DNA from: Lama glama
Lineage: Eukaryota
DNA: 64,000 bases
Assembly: GCA_028534125.1 (NCBI GenBank)
Contig: CM052816.1
Span: 79,362,001-79,426,000 of the forward strand
Direction of reading: 5' to 3'
The position numbers were made by a program, and so were the translations under genes. The notes under the pieces are model-generated. The model was not told where the DNA came from. It was given only the letters and a program-made list of their open reading frames with translations, and did not search any database. Shown here in pieces: positions 1 through 13,260 of the stretch; within the stretch, counting starts at the first letter, position 1, and the number at the start of each line of letters is the position of its first letter.

Positions 1-2019
1 GGATGATGGCAAATGTTTGAAGAGAATAAGAAATGCTTTAAGAACATCACAAATACAACTGCACATAGCATTTCAGTGTCAAGATTTGGGGGAGGGTAGG
101 GATTGATCTAATATGCAGAGGAAAAAAATAGAAATGAGTCAAAGACACCAACAGCAGGAAATAATAAGTTTGAAGGAAGGAAAAAGGAGATGGTTACTCG
201 AAACATGAGGTGCTTTCAATATAACTGGTATCAAAAAGCCTGTGAGGTAAACAGATAACCAATCAGTAGTATTCACCCTAGTGGTGTTAATTCAAAATAT
301 TAGGAATTAAAATCATTAAGACTTCCTCTTAATGAAGGAAATTCTGTTATATATGTGCCAAAGCAACAGCATTTCACTGTAAAAGAAAGACTTGTAGATT
401 TTGATTGAGTTCACCTATTTCAAATATCATGAAACATGGTAGAAATTGTGTTTACAGAAATAGAAGCACAATAGCAAAATAAAAGCAAAGCAATGTTTGA
501 AAGTCCTTGGGTTTCTTTAATTGAGATCACTACATGACTCCAATGAATGTATATTTTACTGGCTGAGCTTGAATTTGCTTATGGTTTATTTGAGTGTGTA
601 TACTTTTATCTAAGGATACTCTTAAAGCATGTGCATTATTATGTCTACCTTGATGATTTGGTACCTAATATGCATAAGTGTATTTAATTCCTATATTTGA
701 TTACCCTATGCTGATCCTTCATTTGCCTTTACTGATCACGGTAAGACAGCAAGGGATGCATAACGTAAGTGTGAAAATTATTCTCCTACTCATAAACAGG
801 TGAGAGGTGAAGCAGAGCATAAATTATAGCCAAAATTTTAGCTGAAATTTTCACCTCAGTGTTAACTCACCAAATGACTCTAGTTGTATAAGCATATCAG
901 GTCATATATTCAGAGAAGGGTGAGATTCTTTGAGAATCATGGTTAAGCATCTTTAAAGGCCAAAATAAAGATCCTTTTAGCCCATCATTTTGTGAACATT
1001 GCACACTCTTGGGCTGCTGCTGCAGTAGCAATTTGTAATGAAGAATTAAACAAAGGTGTATACTTCAGGACAACCTCATTTGTACGTACCCCGGAAAAAG
1101 TCAACTGCATGTGTCCATTGCTGCATTTCAGTCTTTGACTGGCTGCTGTCGCAGCTTCCCCATACAATCTAATATGCTTTTCAGAGCCTGATATTTTCTT
1201 CTACTAACTGTCAAGTATTTACAAAAATGTATCCCCCTTATTTCACAGCTAAGGTTAAAATAAAATAGAAAAAAAAAATAAATGAAATTAGGGTCAGGAA
1301 AAATAGAACTTAAAGTAGATAGTCAAAACCAGGAGAGGAATTAGAAAGCAGATTCCGAGATTCAGGTCCTGGAACAGATACTAAGATCGGAGGCACTAAT
1401 TTGGCTCTGAACTTCTAGGTGCCAAAAGAGAACAGGACGTGCTATCATGTCGAGGTGCTAACTATTTAGCCACTCGGAGGAAGAAGGATTTTCCAGCCCC
1501 TTGAATCTGAATGAAACTTCCCACCTAGGATTTCACATAGGGGCCACGGAACAATATAATAGGCACACCATCCCTCCAGAGAAGCAATATGCCAGATAAT
1601 TATAGGTATAATGAAAGTTTCACTTCCTCTGCTATGTTGAGAACTTTATATTAAAAGTGCTTATCAGTGAAAGCAATTCCATGGGGGACCCAAGAAAACA
1701 TATTTCAATATGTAGCTTTCTGTTGTCATAGCTTAGCAAGAGAGTAACACCTATAATATCTATGATGAATGGCTTTTCTGTATATTAGACATTATGTAAA
1801 TCACTCCCTGCAAGCATCACTTTTCTCAGCAGGACCTTTGCTAAGAGCCAGGATGCAGAAAGACCGAGGTTCTTTTTTTTTTTTTTTTGGCAAGGGCTTA
1901 CAGTTTATATATGCCTGAGAAAAGCAGTCAACATATACTAGTATAAAAATCTAGCTATTTTCACTGAGACAGTTACAAAGTGCAGCATTATACTTAATCA
2001 TATCTACCTTGATCTGTAC

Positions 2020-2094
2020 CTTTTCTTTTGAGTGAAGTTTCACTTTTCTTCCCTTTTCCTTCCTGAAGAGATTCTCGATTACCACGCGAGGGTT
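2020..2094 (-). CDS. SPEF2: SPEF2 coding exon (exon 20 equivalent), 75 nt; the gene continues beyond the left edge of the window
   Basis: ttttgtttag|AACCCTCG...AGAAAAG|gtacag; (E)PSRGNRESLQEGKGKKSETSLKRK(G). Confidence 0.93.
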
Positions 2095-3544
2095 CTAAAC
2101 AAAATTCAATACATAAATAACATTGATGACTTTCTTCAGTAGCCTTGGTTATGATTTTAAGCAATCAAATGTTATTTCTCACACACAGTTACATTTGTGA
2201 ACTGCATAAAATGGCTCAGGCCTTTACTGTGAGTTAAAATTAATCTGAAACCAGACTATGGATTGAAACTTTTTGAATGACAGCCCTGAGAGTACCATTC
2301 TATTTTGTCACACTGAGAAGTTAAGTCCTAAGTTTAATATTGTTTGGTAGTGAATTTGACGATAAACTCTTTAGTGCAACATGGCTTCAGAGTTTTAAAA
2401 GTTAATCACAAGTCTATTTGAAGCAAATGGCTCTATTTGGATATATTTCACCTGAAGGATCCTTAGACAATAAGACAACTGGACCTGTAAAAAGAATGAT
2501 GCTGAAACACCTTGAAGAAGAGATAAATAACCACATTGTTCTGATAGGGCACAACCTTGAACATCTCTTGACTCCACACTTGGGTGTCTTGTGACTCCTA
2601 CATTCCATTGTGCTTTGACTGTAATTTGAAATGGAAAAGATGGTTTGGGTACTTATTATGTTGGATTCCCCAGAATCTACTTCAAAAGTATATTGGAAAG
2701 GGGGAGATGGAAAATTGAGGACCTGGAGGTCAATAAGATGTCCCAAATAATAACTAGTTCCTTGAAAAACATCACTGCATCCCACATAATTCACCAAACA
2801 AGTTCAATCATCTTCCTCCCTTTGTTCTGGGCAAGGGAGGATGCACGTATGGGGCAGTTTAAATGCCTGTGATGGGTAGACTGTCTGACCTATTCTTTGT
2901 ATTTAGAAGTGATAGTTACAAGAATGTACAAATGCATAGCTCATATCACTTACATTTAAACATCTCAGATCCAAAAACCAAGATTCCATAGGAATAAGAC
3001 AAGTGAGGGAAAGAAGGACTGACCTTGTAACTTTGTTAACCTCTGTAAAAGGACTTTTAAACATCCAAACTCTAAATAAATGAATAAAATCCAAACATTT
3101 GAATTAGTTGTTTTTTTAAGAAATAAGTTTAATAAAAAAAAGTCTAGATAAGCTCTTAGTTCCTTTAATAGCAATACTCTAGGTAATCAACTTTTTAACT
3201 AGCTCTAAACTTTAGTAAAAGGCAACAGAAAAGAAGGTAAAAACAGATACTTAAGACATTGAACTTAAAAGATATTGTGAGTAAGTCTAATTTCCACTGG
3301 GGGTAGCACGTATTCTGCCTATTTTTTAAAATTATTTCCAAAATATATTCTGAAATTTCAAAATATTTTCTTAAATAGCAACATGGATAGCACTACTGTA
3401 CTTTGTCAGCCTGAGAACTTTAGTTTTAAATTAAATTCTGACACTTGATAGTGGACTTGATAATAAACCATATAACAGAACATAACTGTGAACTTTTTAA
3501 AATTTAATCTCAAGTGCATTTGAAGTAGATATAAAATGCAGAAC

Positions 3545-3885
3545 TGTAAAAATTAATGAACAGAAACAACACTTGAATAGAGTCGGGAGGCCAGAAGGGG
3601 GCTTTCTTGTGCCCTAAGAGGACAGCATTGCCCAACAGGAGGAAGAAAGACTCCTCTTCTTTCCTGGCAAGGACTCAGCCAATGAAAAGCCATGGACTCA
3701 TTGTTTACTTTGACCCTCCCAACTTCCTTTTCCCCTCTATAAAAGCATTCTCCTTCCCTGCTATGTGGGGACTTGCACATGGCTCACCACGGGTTGCAGA
3801 CCCTGAATTATAATTCTCTGCTGATTCTGAATAAACCCATCTTTGCTGGGGAAATATCTGGCAGCCTATTTGTCTCAGGTCAATG
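3545..3885 (+). mobile_element. Solo ERV1-class LTR with 4-bp target-site duplication
   Basis: Starts TGTAAAAA; CCAAT at about 3680, TATAAAA at about 3738, AATAAA at about 3830; ends ...CAGGTCAATG; flanked by GAAC at 3541-3544 and 3886-3889. Confidence 0.8.
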
Positions 3886-5721
3886 GAACCATATACAATG
3901 TAGAACTCTATTTGAACAAAATGACTGTTGGTACTCAGTGTACTATATTTCATTCTTTACCCTATTTCCACCCTGACTCTTTGGTAAATAATTTCTCTTT
4001 CTTCTCAACTTTTAAAGAAGATTGTAATTGGGTGTTTGAGTTGGGCATGTTCAGAAGCCTCAGGCCTTCAAATTCTGAAAATGTGTTCTTTGAAAAAAAC
4101 TGTGAATTATTTATATAAAAATAAGCAAACCTGTTGGGAACTTCCCTCCCTAAAATCGCTTAGCTACGCTTCCTGGAGCTGAAAGGTCAGTGTGGCCTGC
4201 TCTATTGCCCCATTAATGTCAGCTAGTACTGAGGTCTCCTTCCAATGATATGTTGCAGTTGGAAGGCTATAATTAGGCCCTTGGAGATTAACCCTTCTAT
4301 ATATTTTTAAAGATCAGGCACTAGCCCTGCCCTTGGTGGAAAAAAGAGACAGATACAACCACTCTTTGAAGCAACAATAGCTTTATTATTCCTCCAAAAC
4401 AAAGTATTTGAGAATACAATTTTAAATTCACAAGCAAACTTAAGAAACTTAAAGACTGAACTGTGTTGTAACCATAAACGCTAAAGACTGGTTTCAGGGA
4501 ATGGCTCAAATACAGAGATACTCCTGGTTGTGAGGCCGAAGAGAGAAAAGGGAGGGGAGGCCATGGTCACAGGTTAAATTAGGCTCCCTCGAGCCTCTGT
4601 GATGTCTTCCCCAGTTCTAAACAACATTTTTAAGTTTTCCATTTGTCCTCAGACCTCTGACTTATTTTTTTTAATAGAAAAACATGTATGTTTAATTAAT
4701 CCCTTTGTGCTTTATTGTTCATATGATAAAATATTTGTTTTAAAATGTATGTCTTTAGTTAAGCCTCATTTTAATGGAATACAATGGTCTTGAATAGACC
4801 ATAACATATGTTGTTAAAGTTTACAAATTTATCTGTTTAATAGAAATAAATTTAATCGAAAAAATCAGACACAGCTCAAATCTCCATGAAACATCATGGA
4901 GTTTCAGTCATGACGCAGTATCAAGAATTCCTGGCTAGATTTGTGTAATGGCACAGCCAGCCACTTACAAAGCTAAAACCAGACACTAGAGCCACACTTG
5001 TTTCACATACACAGCACGGAAGTGATACTGGCATTTTCCCAATGTCACCCATTTCAACAGTTGAGCATTTTACTTTTGTCATTATATCATCTACTACTTA
5101 ACTTAATGGTCCTTATCTAGAAAGAAGTTAGATCCTTATCTAGAAGGAACTTAAGCTTAACATATTCTCTATACAAACTCCACCCTCATATGTCATATAT
5201 TATAAATATATTGGTTTACCAAGATGTCAGGTGCTTGTTTCTAGTTGTAATCACACAGCACGAAAGATGAACAGTTAATGTGTAAATTCTAGTCTCCAGT
5301 AAATGCTGTCGATTTGTTCCCTTATTCTTGTGGACAAGTGACTGTGCTAATTCTCATTTTCTTTAGTCTTACTCTTGATGTAAACTCAACACTACCCTTC
5401 AGCAAACAGAAGTCTGTCCTCTTGATCTGGTTATTCTCTGTGCCTTTCTTCCTCTCATCTGCAGTCTCATTCTAATCAGTAGATCTGGGCGTGAGGACTC
5501 CACGTTCCCTCCCACACAGTCAAGTACCTGGGCTCGATGACAGCCATGCTCTTAGCTACTATGACTTTCCCACTTCATCTGAGCAGACAGCTTGGTTCCA
5601 TGTGACTGAAGTTGCTTGAGGCCTGAATCTAGATAAATGGCCTAGTACTATAATGCATAATTCTTTTCTAAGTGAAAATAAGAACCTGGCAAACAGGATT
5701 ATAAATCATTCTGTCAATCAC

Positions 5722-5892
5722 CTGATGCTGGCTTTCCTTTTGCAGTAGGAGTTTTGGAATACTCATGCTGGGGATGGCCTTCCTTCTCTTTTTCTGGTTC
5801 AGGAGGAGGAGGGAGGGAAGGTGTAGGAGATGTAGCCTCAGCCGGGGAAACTTCTTTTTTCATAGCTTCCTTTTCTTCTAATTTCTTTTTAA
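5722..5892 (-). CDS. SPEF2: SPEF2 coding exon (exon 19 equivalent), 171 nt, Pro/Lys/Glu-rich
   Basis: ccttttgaag|TTAAAAAG...GCATCAG|gtgatt; (V)KKKLEEKEAMKKEVSPAEATSPTPSLPPPPEPEKEKEGHPQHEYSKTPTAKGKPAS. Confidence 0.93.
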
Positions 5893-6106
5893 CTTCAAAA
5901 GGATGATAAAAAATGGACCTTTATTAGCGACCCCAGATAACTACTAGTTCTCACTGAACTAAGAAAAAGCTGAATTAATATAAAATTGCTCTTACTGCAT
6001 TAAGGCTAAATTCATGTTTCAGGGCTCTCCCGTAAATCAGCCAGTCCTTAAAGCTAAGATCTGAAGTCTTTTCTGCCTGGTTAGAGATACTGTTTTTCCT
6101 GCCTCT

Positions 6107-6145
6107 GATGGTGATGATGATGATGATGATGATGTGTGTGTGTGT
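6107..6145. repeat. (GAT)n/(GT)n compound microsatellite
   Basis: gatggtgatgatgatgatgatgatgatgtgtgtgtgtgt. Confidence 0.9.
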
Positions 6146-6423
6146 ATAGCAGATAGAAAGGTTTGTTGAAGGGGTACCAAATGTGAAATTAATTATCTAG
6201 AAGTAGCTAATGTAGTGGAATAGGAAAATAAAAAATTATGTCAAAATTTCCAGGGAAAAAACAAGGTGAAAAACCATAAAGAGAAGGTTAAGATCAATGT
6301 AACAGAAGAAGTGGGGGTCGGGAGGAAACAGAAAGGAAAAGAAATGCGCAGCACCAGCTTCTAGGAGTAAATACATATAAAGCATTTAGAATGGTGCTCA
6401 GTACTCAATTAAGTCTTAGCAAT

Positions 6424-6860
6424 TCATTCATTCATGCAGCAACTAATTATGGAATCTGAGTTGTGCCGTGAAGGAAAGGGTTATAACAATAAGGTAAAAT
6501 GATTATTATTACTGTTAATAATAATAATAATAATAATAACAACAGCACTAGGCATAATTCTGGTTGCCAGAGATACAAAAGTGAAACAAAAGAGAGAAAA
6601 ATAACTACCTTGTGGAGCTTGCATTTTAGTGGTGGGAGGCAAACCATAAACATGATAAATAAATTAATTTACATGAGGAGTTAGAAGGCAGTAAGTGCTA
6701 CAGAGAAAATAAATAGAACAGAGTCAAGGGGATTAGGAGTGCTGTGGGGCAGCTTTTAAAGTTTTAAATAGAGTGCTGAGCAGTGGGGGCCCACTGAGAA
6801 GGTGATTGAGCAAAGGCTGGAAGAGATTTGGGGAGTGAGTGTTCCTGGCAGAGGAGACAG
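6424..6860 (-). mobile_element. L2 3' fragment interrupted by an (AAT)n tract
   Basis: tcattcattcat start, ggagcttgcattttagtgg, aagtgctacagagaaaataaa, cactgagaaggtgattgagcaaagg are typical reverse-strand L2a 3' sequence. Confidence 0.7.
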
Positions 6861-7289
6861 TCAGCCCGAGGATGGCTGGTTCCTGGTTGTCTAGGCTCCT
6901 GTTACCTTTGCCTTTCAGGATCCAGGCTCATCCTTTGTAGCACACCCCACCCTGCCCTCCCTGACTTCCCAGCCCTTCAGCCTGGAAATGGCCGCAACTT
7001 TACGTCCGTACCACTAGCCATGACTCCCTGCACTCTTGTAAGGCTCTTTCTTTTTATACGTACTCCCTTTGCCCTCAGATTATTCTTTTCAAGCCAACAA
7101 GCCAAGGAGGCTTCATTCTATTAGACGTTTTTTTTTTTTCCCCAGTGGAAATTAAGTTTTTTTGATTATAAAAGTAATACGTAATTATTGTTTTTTAAAA
7201 ATCCAACAATTTAGACAAATAAGCAGAAAGGGAAATTTCCTGTTAAGCCTCTTGGTCCTTTTCCTTCCTCCGTCATCAATGATTGTTAT

Positions 7290-7757
7290 TGTTAAAGAGA
7301 AAACAGGCCAAAAATGGTGTAACTTGTGCTAAATAAAGCCCAGGATACCAAATCTAACTTACTACCTGCCTCTACTGCAGTTCCCACCTTCCCCAGAAAT
7401 GTAATCTTAATCAGCCAGTTTGGAATTTTCTGGTCAGCACCAAGGAGGTAATCTGTCATGTGGGCCCTTCTTTATATACTCTCAACCCTAGAAAAAGAAG
7501 AGGCAATCTGTGTGGCAAAGACCCCTGCAGCTCCCTTCCCCTCAAAAAGAAGATGTCCTGGCCCCAAATAACCTCTCCTTTTTCCCTTTTGCTAATGAGG
7601 TCCCTGCCCCATCCTCCTGTTTATAAAAGCCTCCCATCTTGTTCTGTTCCTTAGAGAGCCCTCCTAGTTGTTAGACAGGATGCTGCCCAGTTCAGGAAGA
7701 GTTGAAAAATGCTGGTTAGAGGTTCAAATTTGCTGGACTGAATTTTGTTTATTAGTA
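7290..7757 (+). mobile_element. Solo ERV1-type LTR
   Basis: TGTTAAAGAG start, U3-like body, TATAAAAGC at about 7622, decayed polyA region; boundaries approximate. Confidence 0.6.
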
Positions 7758-9200
7758 TATACTGCCAGCCTCTTTTCTGTGCATATATATTTAATAATTG
7801 ACATCCTTTGAAAAACAAAACAAGGCACTATTTTATAAATAACCTGATTTTTCCCACTTCACAGTATATTATGATCATTGTTGGCAGAATATATACAGAA
7901 ATACCACATCCTTTTATTTTTTTGTTTAACTTAAGATGTTTAATACAGAGTTCTGGGCTAGGTAAATGTTTATTGTTTTAACGATAAAATATTTGTTAAA
8001 ATAGTAAACTGATTAGAATGTAAATCTTAAATAAGTAGCAGTTAAGTCTGTTAATGGAATAAGTGATTAGAATGTAAAATCTTTAGGAAATGTTGAAGTG
8101 AGTCTAGTAGCTGGCAAAAACACTGATTCTAATCTACAGATATTTGAGGCTACAGCTTAGAATCAGTTTGGTTTTGTGTTCCAGGCAAGACTTTAAGATT
8201 GGTGTGAGAGGTTTCATCCCCTCTCTCAGCCTAATTTCTGACTGTCAAATAACATGTTAAGTCTCTTATATAATATATGGGTTGGTTTTTATTTTGCCTG
8301 AGAGCCTCACATGGATGTTTCTGGGAGCAGATACTTAGATGTGAAAGTCTACCTTTCGAAGTGTGAGCTCCTGGGTCCCCAAAGTGATTGTGACTTATAT
8401 CTATGAGATATTTGGTTCACTGATCCATTCGAGTAGTTAGGTCATCAATCCGGGGGTGGGACACAGCATGCTATCAAGGGGGTTTTAGAATCCTTGTGAT
8501 ATTAACTTTGACCACTTTTTATTACACCAAAAAACTGCAGTTGCCAATATAGTTGGGGTGATTGATAAACAAAAGGGAGAGATGTATTTCTGAAAGAATT
8601 TCTCAAATTGAAGCCTGGCATTGGCAGGCAGTGTATGAGCCATGATCCCTTTCAATAATAAATTCTAATAATACTTGGAAAAGTTAATGGGCAATTATTA
8701 CTGGTTGAATGAAGAAGGAAGGAGGTCAGGATGGTTTAATGTGAGTGAGATACACCCCAGAAGCATGCTTATAAATAAGTAGTTAATAGTCAATAAATTC
8801 ATTCCAATACAAGAAGATTTAGGGGAAATGATCTACCTAGTGTTTTCATCCTAAAAGGATAATTCACTGTTTCCTTAGAATTGCTGAGTTTAACAGATTG
8901 AAATCTTTACTCTTCTCTATAACATTCTTAGTTTTAACTCTGCTATTTTTTTTCACATGAAAACAGCCTTTCAGCAAGATGATCTCTTTTGATTAAATTA
9001 AATTAAAATGAAGAGAGAAAAAACTTTTATTTAGAAACATTTGTAGTGGGAAGCTAAAATCAGAGGTTGAAGATACTTGTAGATGGTATAACCCAAAGAG
9101 AAAAGAAATATTTACAATCACATTTTCAATTCTTCCTAAACTCATTAAAACCACACATTTTCATTCAGGCAAGCTCAAGATTATAAGTAACTTTAATTAC

Positions 9201-9358
9201 CTTTATTCTCCTTTTTCATTATTTCAGTTATAAACATTTCTTTTACTTTTTGGCATAAAGACTCTTTATCTACTTCAGCATTGATTTTTATCAGAATGTT
9301 TTCTGGCTCTGCAAACCATTGTTCCAATAAAGGCCAGTTATCCAAGAAGCCTATAATC
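9201..9358 (-). CDS. SPEF2: SPEF2 coding exon (exon 18 equivalent), 158 nt
   Basis: ttttgcag|GATTATA...AATAAAG|gtaatt; IIGFLDNWPLLEQWFAEPENILIKINAEVDKESLCQKVKEMFITEIMKKENK. Confidence 0.96.
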
Positions 9359-10388
9359 CTGCAAAATCCAAATATTATGTGAATATCACATATTGACTGA
9401 AATAACAGAGTAACATTAAGCATGACTTATCTGATGTACATAATGAAAAAAATAAACTGCCCAAAAATCTGAAAAAGCAACTTTAAGAAATCTACAGGCA
9501 ATGGAATATTATCTATTTTAAAGATATCATTTAATGCCATCACGCCATATATTGTGAGATATATGAAAGAATAAGAGAAGATTTGAAAATTCTATCATTT
9601 TAGGAAACCTTTGGTGTGGGTTCTTGAAGTGAAAATCTAAGGCGACATCACCTATACTCATAGTAGACTAACTCTGAGCATCGTTCTGGGGGTAGGTACA
9701 GGCTGCATCATCTACTTTTTTCTTAGAGTAGAAGTTGAAGAGAACTTTGCGTAAGTATAGATGGTTCTGACTTAATTGTTTTACTCAAATATACTTTTGG
9801 AATGATTTCTTGAAACTTTCTTGCCTTCCGAGAGTAGATAGGCTTAATGTAACTCAAATTCCTCTTCCCGAGCTTACTTCATATTTTTTGACTTCTCAGG
9901 ATTTCAAAAAATTGTCTAATTTTGTCTGATATTTTTTCCAATGAGCAAATTGCACACAACCAAAAGAATGTGTATGTGTGTTTTTTTAAGCATAAGTTCA
10001 TTTTAGTAAAACAGAAGTAGTTTTAGAACGATGCTCTCTAGCCTGATGTCTAGCTCTTTGAAATTCCACAATCTTCACTGGCATTTGCTGAAGGAGGGCT
10101 GAATTAGGAGTCTACATAATGAACTTGTAAGTTCATGTAACCATAAAGGGAAATGCTGCCTGATTTAATTCTTTTCTCCCCAGACTATGATGACTTCTGC
10201 TTTGAGTATAAAAGCTAGCACATAAATATTTCATTCAACATCAAAGCTACTTAGTTTTGCTTTACCTGGAAAAGACCGAATGCTAGGAAATACATTTTTT
10301 TTCTAGACCTGGTGATTCCAAAGTGACTAGTTGTCAGTCTGTTCAAAGGGTAAGAAACAAGAAGCAGGACATGGAGTTTTAAACTAAC

Positions 10389-10497
10389 CTGTGCTGTATT
10401 TGGTCTCTTAAATTCTGGTCCTCACCCGTATCTTGGTTTCTAGCGGCTACACGTTGATTGATATTTTCGTGAGGAGTTTCACTTGAAATTTCTTCAG
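10389..10497 (-). CDS. SPEF2: SPEF2 coding exon (exon 17 equivalent), 109 nt
   Basis: ccttatcatag|CTGAAGAA...CAGCACAG|gttagt; (A)EEISSETPHENINQRVAARNQDTGEDQNLRDQIQH(R). Confidence 0.94.
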
Positions 10498-11329
10498 CTA
10501 TGATAAGGAAATTACTTAATTAGATAATTTGCTAAACCAGTCAAAGTTCCAGTAGCACTGCTAAAATGAACTGATGCAAGAAAGCCAAATAGGCATGACC
10601 CTGCCCTTGGTCCAATATTAATTACAATGTTTAACAAGATGTTGAAAGAGTATAGTTTTGGGATCAGAATTCAAATTTCCCTTGGCAATTGGGGGAAATG
10701 AGATAAAATACAACATTAAAGAAGAGCTGTAGTTTCAATGTAGAAGATCTCAGGATTGATTATGATGAGATGAGGATAAAAATGATGGGTCATCAGTAAT
10801 AACAAACTAGGTAACAATTAGAAAATCAACACTACAGTGTATAAGTTAAGAATGAAAAAAATAGGGTGGCCATAAAGTCAAATATGTGTAAAAGCTATTT
10901 GTCAATTTTACGTTGCAATAGATAAAGTAATTTATCTTTCTAGACTTTATGATTTTTCCCTGTAGAACAGATATAAAGGAATATACCACAACACACCCAA
11001 AACAACTCCTCTGACTGAGTCCTATTCGGGATTAATGTACAAAGCCCAGAATACAATGAATTCAGAATAAACAGAAAATCATAAAGAGGAAAAGAAAACC
11101 TTGAACTGGATTAAAATGCATTAGAATTCCTCTGTCAATGCAAGAGAACACTGAAGAAAAAATTAAAAGTGCTCAAGAAAATGAAGGACCCTCACAGGAT
11201 ACAGCCATCAATTGTTCTCCATCTACATTCATGATAGAAAATGAGGAAATTAATTTGGAATACAGAATATGCTTTTAAGTTATTCATAAAACCCAAAGAT
11301 TACTGACAGCAATGGGTGACTGAAGATGT

Positions 11330-13000
11330 GGGGACTCTTCTCAGGAGATGCTATCATACACCATTTCATGGTCACTATCTTGTTTGTCAAAGACCAGCAC
11401 ATGGATCAGTCTTCCTCTCTCCCCAAACCGCACCCAAGCATCGGCCCCTTCCCCTCCTCTCCACTTCCAGCCCTCACTAACATGGCCACATCCTGGGTTT
11501 TGTGATCCCCTGGAATGGCTTCATCTCTGGAATGGCTCTAACCCTGCAATCTTAATGACCTACACTCATATTGTTTGTCCTTCCAGCACTCCTGTCCAGC
11601 TGATGAATCTCTGCAACATCACCCAGTCCCTTAAATTCCTACATCTTTTCCCCCAAATTTACCAGCATTGTTCTGACTTCACTTTATTTTCTAGCAAACC
11701 TGAGTTGCATGGTTGAAGACTTCAACTTCTCTCCCTCATCTGACAACTTCAGTTTGTGTCCTTCTGCTACACCAGCCTTAGATGATATTCGTCTTTCTTT
11801 CCAAGGCTACACTTATACTGGTAGATCGAAGGAAAATACACAACCTTGTGACCTGTAACCTCACTAATTCTCTGGCTCAAAAATCAGCTGGGCTTTTTCA
11901 TACATATATGCACCATTTCCTAAAACAGAGAGAGATATAGAAAGAATACTAAAATAATAATGATAATAAATATCCTGTCCAATGGCTCTTTCCTTTCTTT
12001 CAGAGACAAGCTTCTTGAAAGTTATCTCCACTCATGCTCCCCACCTCCCCACCTCCTGTTCGCGTCTTGGGCCACAGCAATCCAACCTTCTCTGTCCTCC
12101 TCTCCATTGAAGCAGCTCTCATTCTAGTCATCAAGACATCAAGGCCAATGGACTTTAGTACACACTTCCCTCCTAACATCTAGACCCATTTATAGAACTG
12201 TTCTCTGAACATCTTAGCTTAAAAGTCCCACAGGTGCCAGGTACTTCAAGCTCAACACGTCATGTGTTTCTTTCCATATCCTCTAAGTGAATATCATCAT
12301 TCAAAAAGCTGTGTGAGTCAGAAGCTAGAAGTCATCCTGTTGTCCCTGTACGACATCTCCCATCCCAACTGATCAGGAAGTTCAGTAGTTTACCCCCTAA
12401 ATATTGCTTGAAGCTGACTCTTTTTACCTGGCCTCTATAGCTGTCTCAGTGCCTCTGTTTCTTTTCAGGTGGTAATAGTTTTATAACTCATTTCATCGCT
12501 TCCAATCTCACTCCCTTTCCAATGCATTGTCCACACTGCAGCTAGAATGACCACTATGAAAAGTACATCCAATAGCATTTACTCTCAGCTTTAATAGAAT
12601 TTAGTGACTTCACATGGCTTCAGGATAAAGTTCAAACAGCTTAACTTGGGGCAAGACTCTTCCACTGGCCCCTGCCGATCCTCCAGGCTCATTTCTGCCA
12701 CTCCTCCATACCCCACTGCCTCTCAAACCTACTGATAATCTTGCTTCTCTCTAGACAGACCCTGCTTGCCTCTAAGCCTGGCAGACTCCCTCTACCTTCC
12801 TCCCTATGATGGCAGGTAAATATCTTCCCAGTCTGGGCTCACCTCCTGTAGCATAGAAGTGACTACAGAATAACAACCAGTTTACTTTTGATTCTTCTCC
12901 CACTACACTGTAAACTACTTGAGGACAGAGACTTGTCCTTCATTTCTGTTTTATAAGTTCCCGGAATGTTATAAATGTTAGGTAAACATTTACTAGTGGT
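11330..13000 (+). mobile_element. Long degraded L2 fragment(s)
   Basis: Pyrimidine-rich L2 ORF2/3' hallmarks (ctagaagtcatcct, ccacactgcagctagaatga, ttcaggataaagttcaaac, cactacactgtaaactacttgaggacagagacttgtc); boundaries approximate. Confidence 0.65.
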
Positions 13001-13069
13001 GCCATTTTAGCTCCCATCACTCTATAACAGTGTTATGCAATGAACTAAGGTGATGGAAACCTGTACTGG

Positions 13070-13260
13070 TGCTGTCCAGTACGGCAGTCACTAGCCACAT
13101 ATGTACATGAGATGTGGCCAGTGTGATGTAGGAAATGAAGATTTTTATTGAGGTGCAGTTGATTTACAATGTTCTGTTAGTTTGAATTTTTAGTTTATTA
13201 ATTTGAAATAATTAAAATAGCCACGTGTGGCTAGTGGCTGCCATGTTGGACACACAACTC
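13070..13260. mobile_element. MER3/MER33-like hAT-Charlie DNA transposon remnant
   Basis: Inverted ends gctgtccagtacggcagtcactagccacat ... atagccacgtgtggctagtggctgccatgttggacac. Confidence 0.7.

Noticed and set aside
2414..2872. Overlapping 60-127 aa ORFs in intron 19, and a LIGHNLE string reminiscent of DEDD exonucleases
   Set aside because: No supporting motifs or convincing splice sites; consistent with chance
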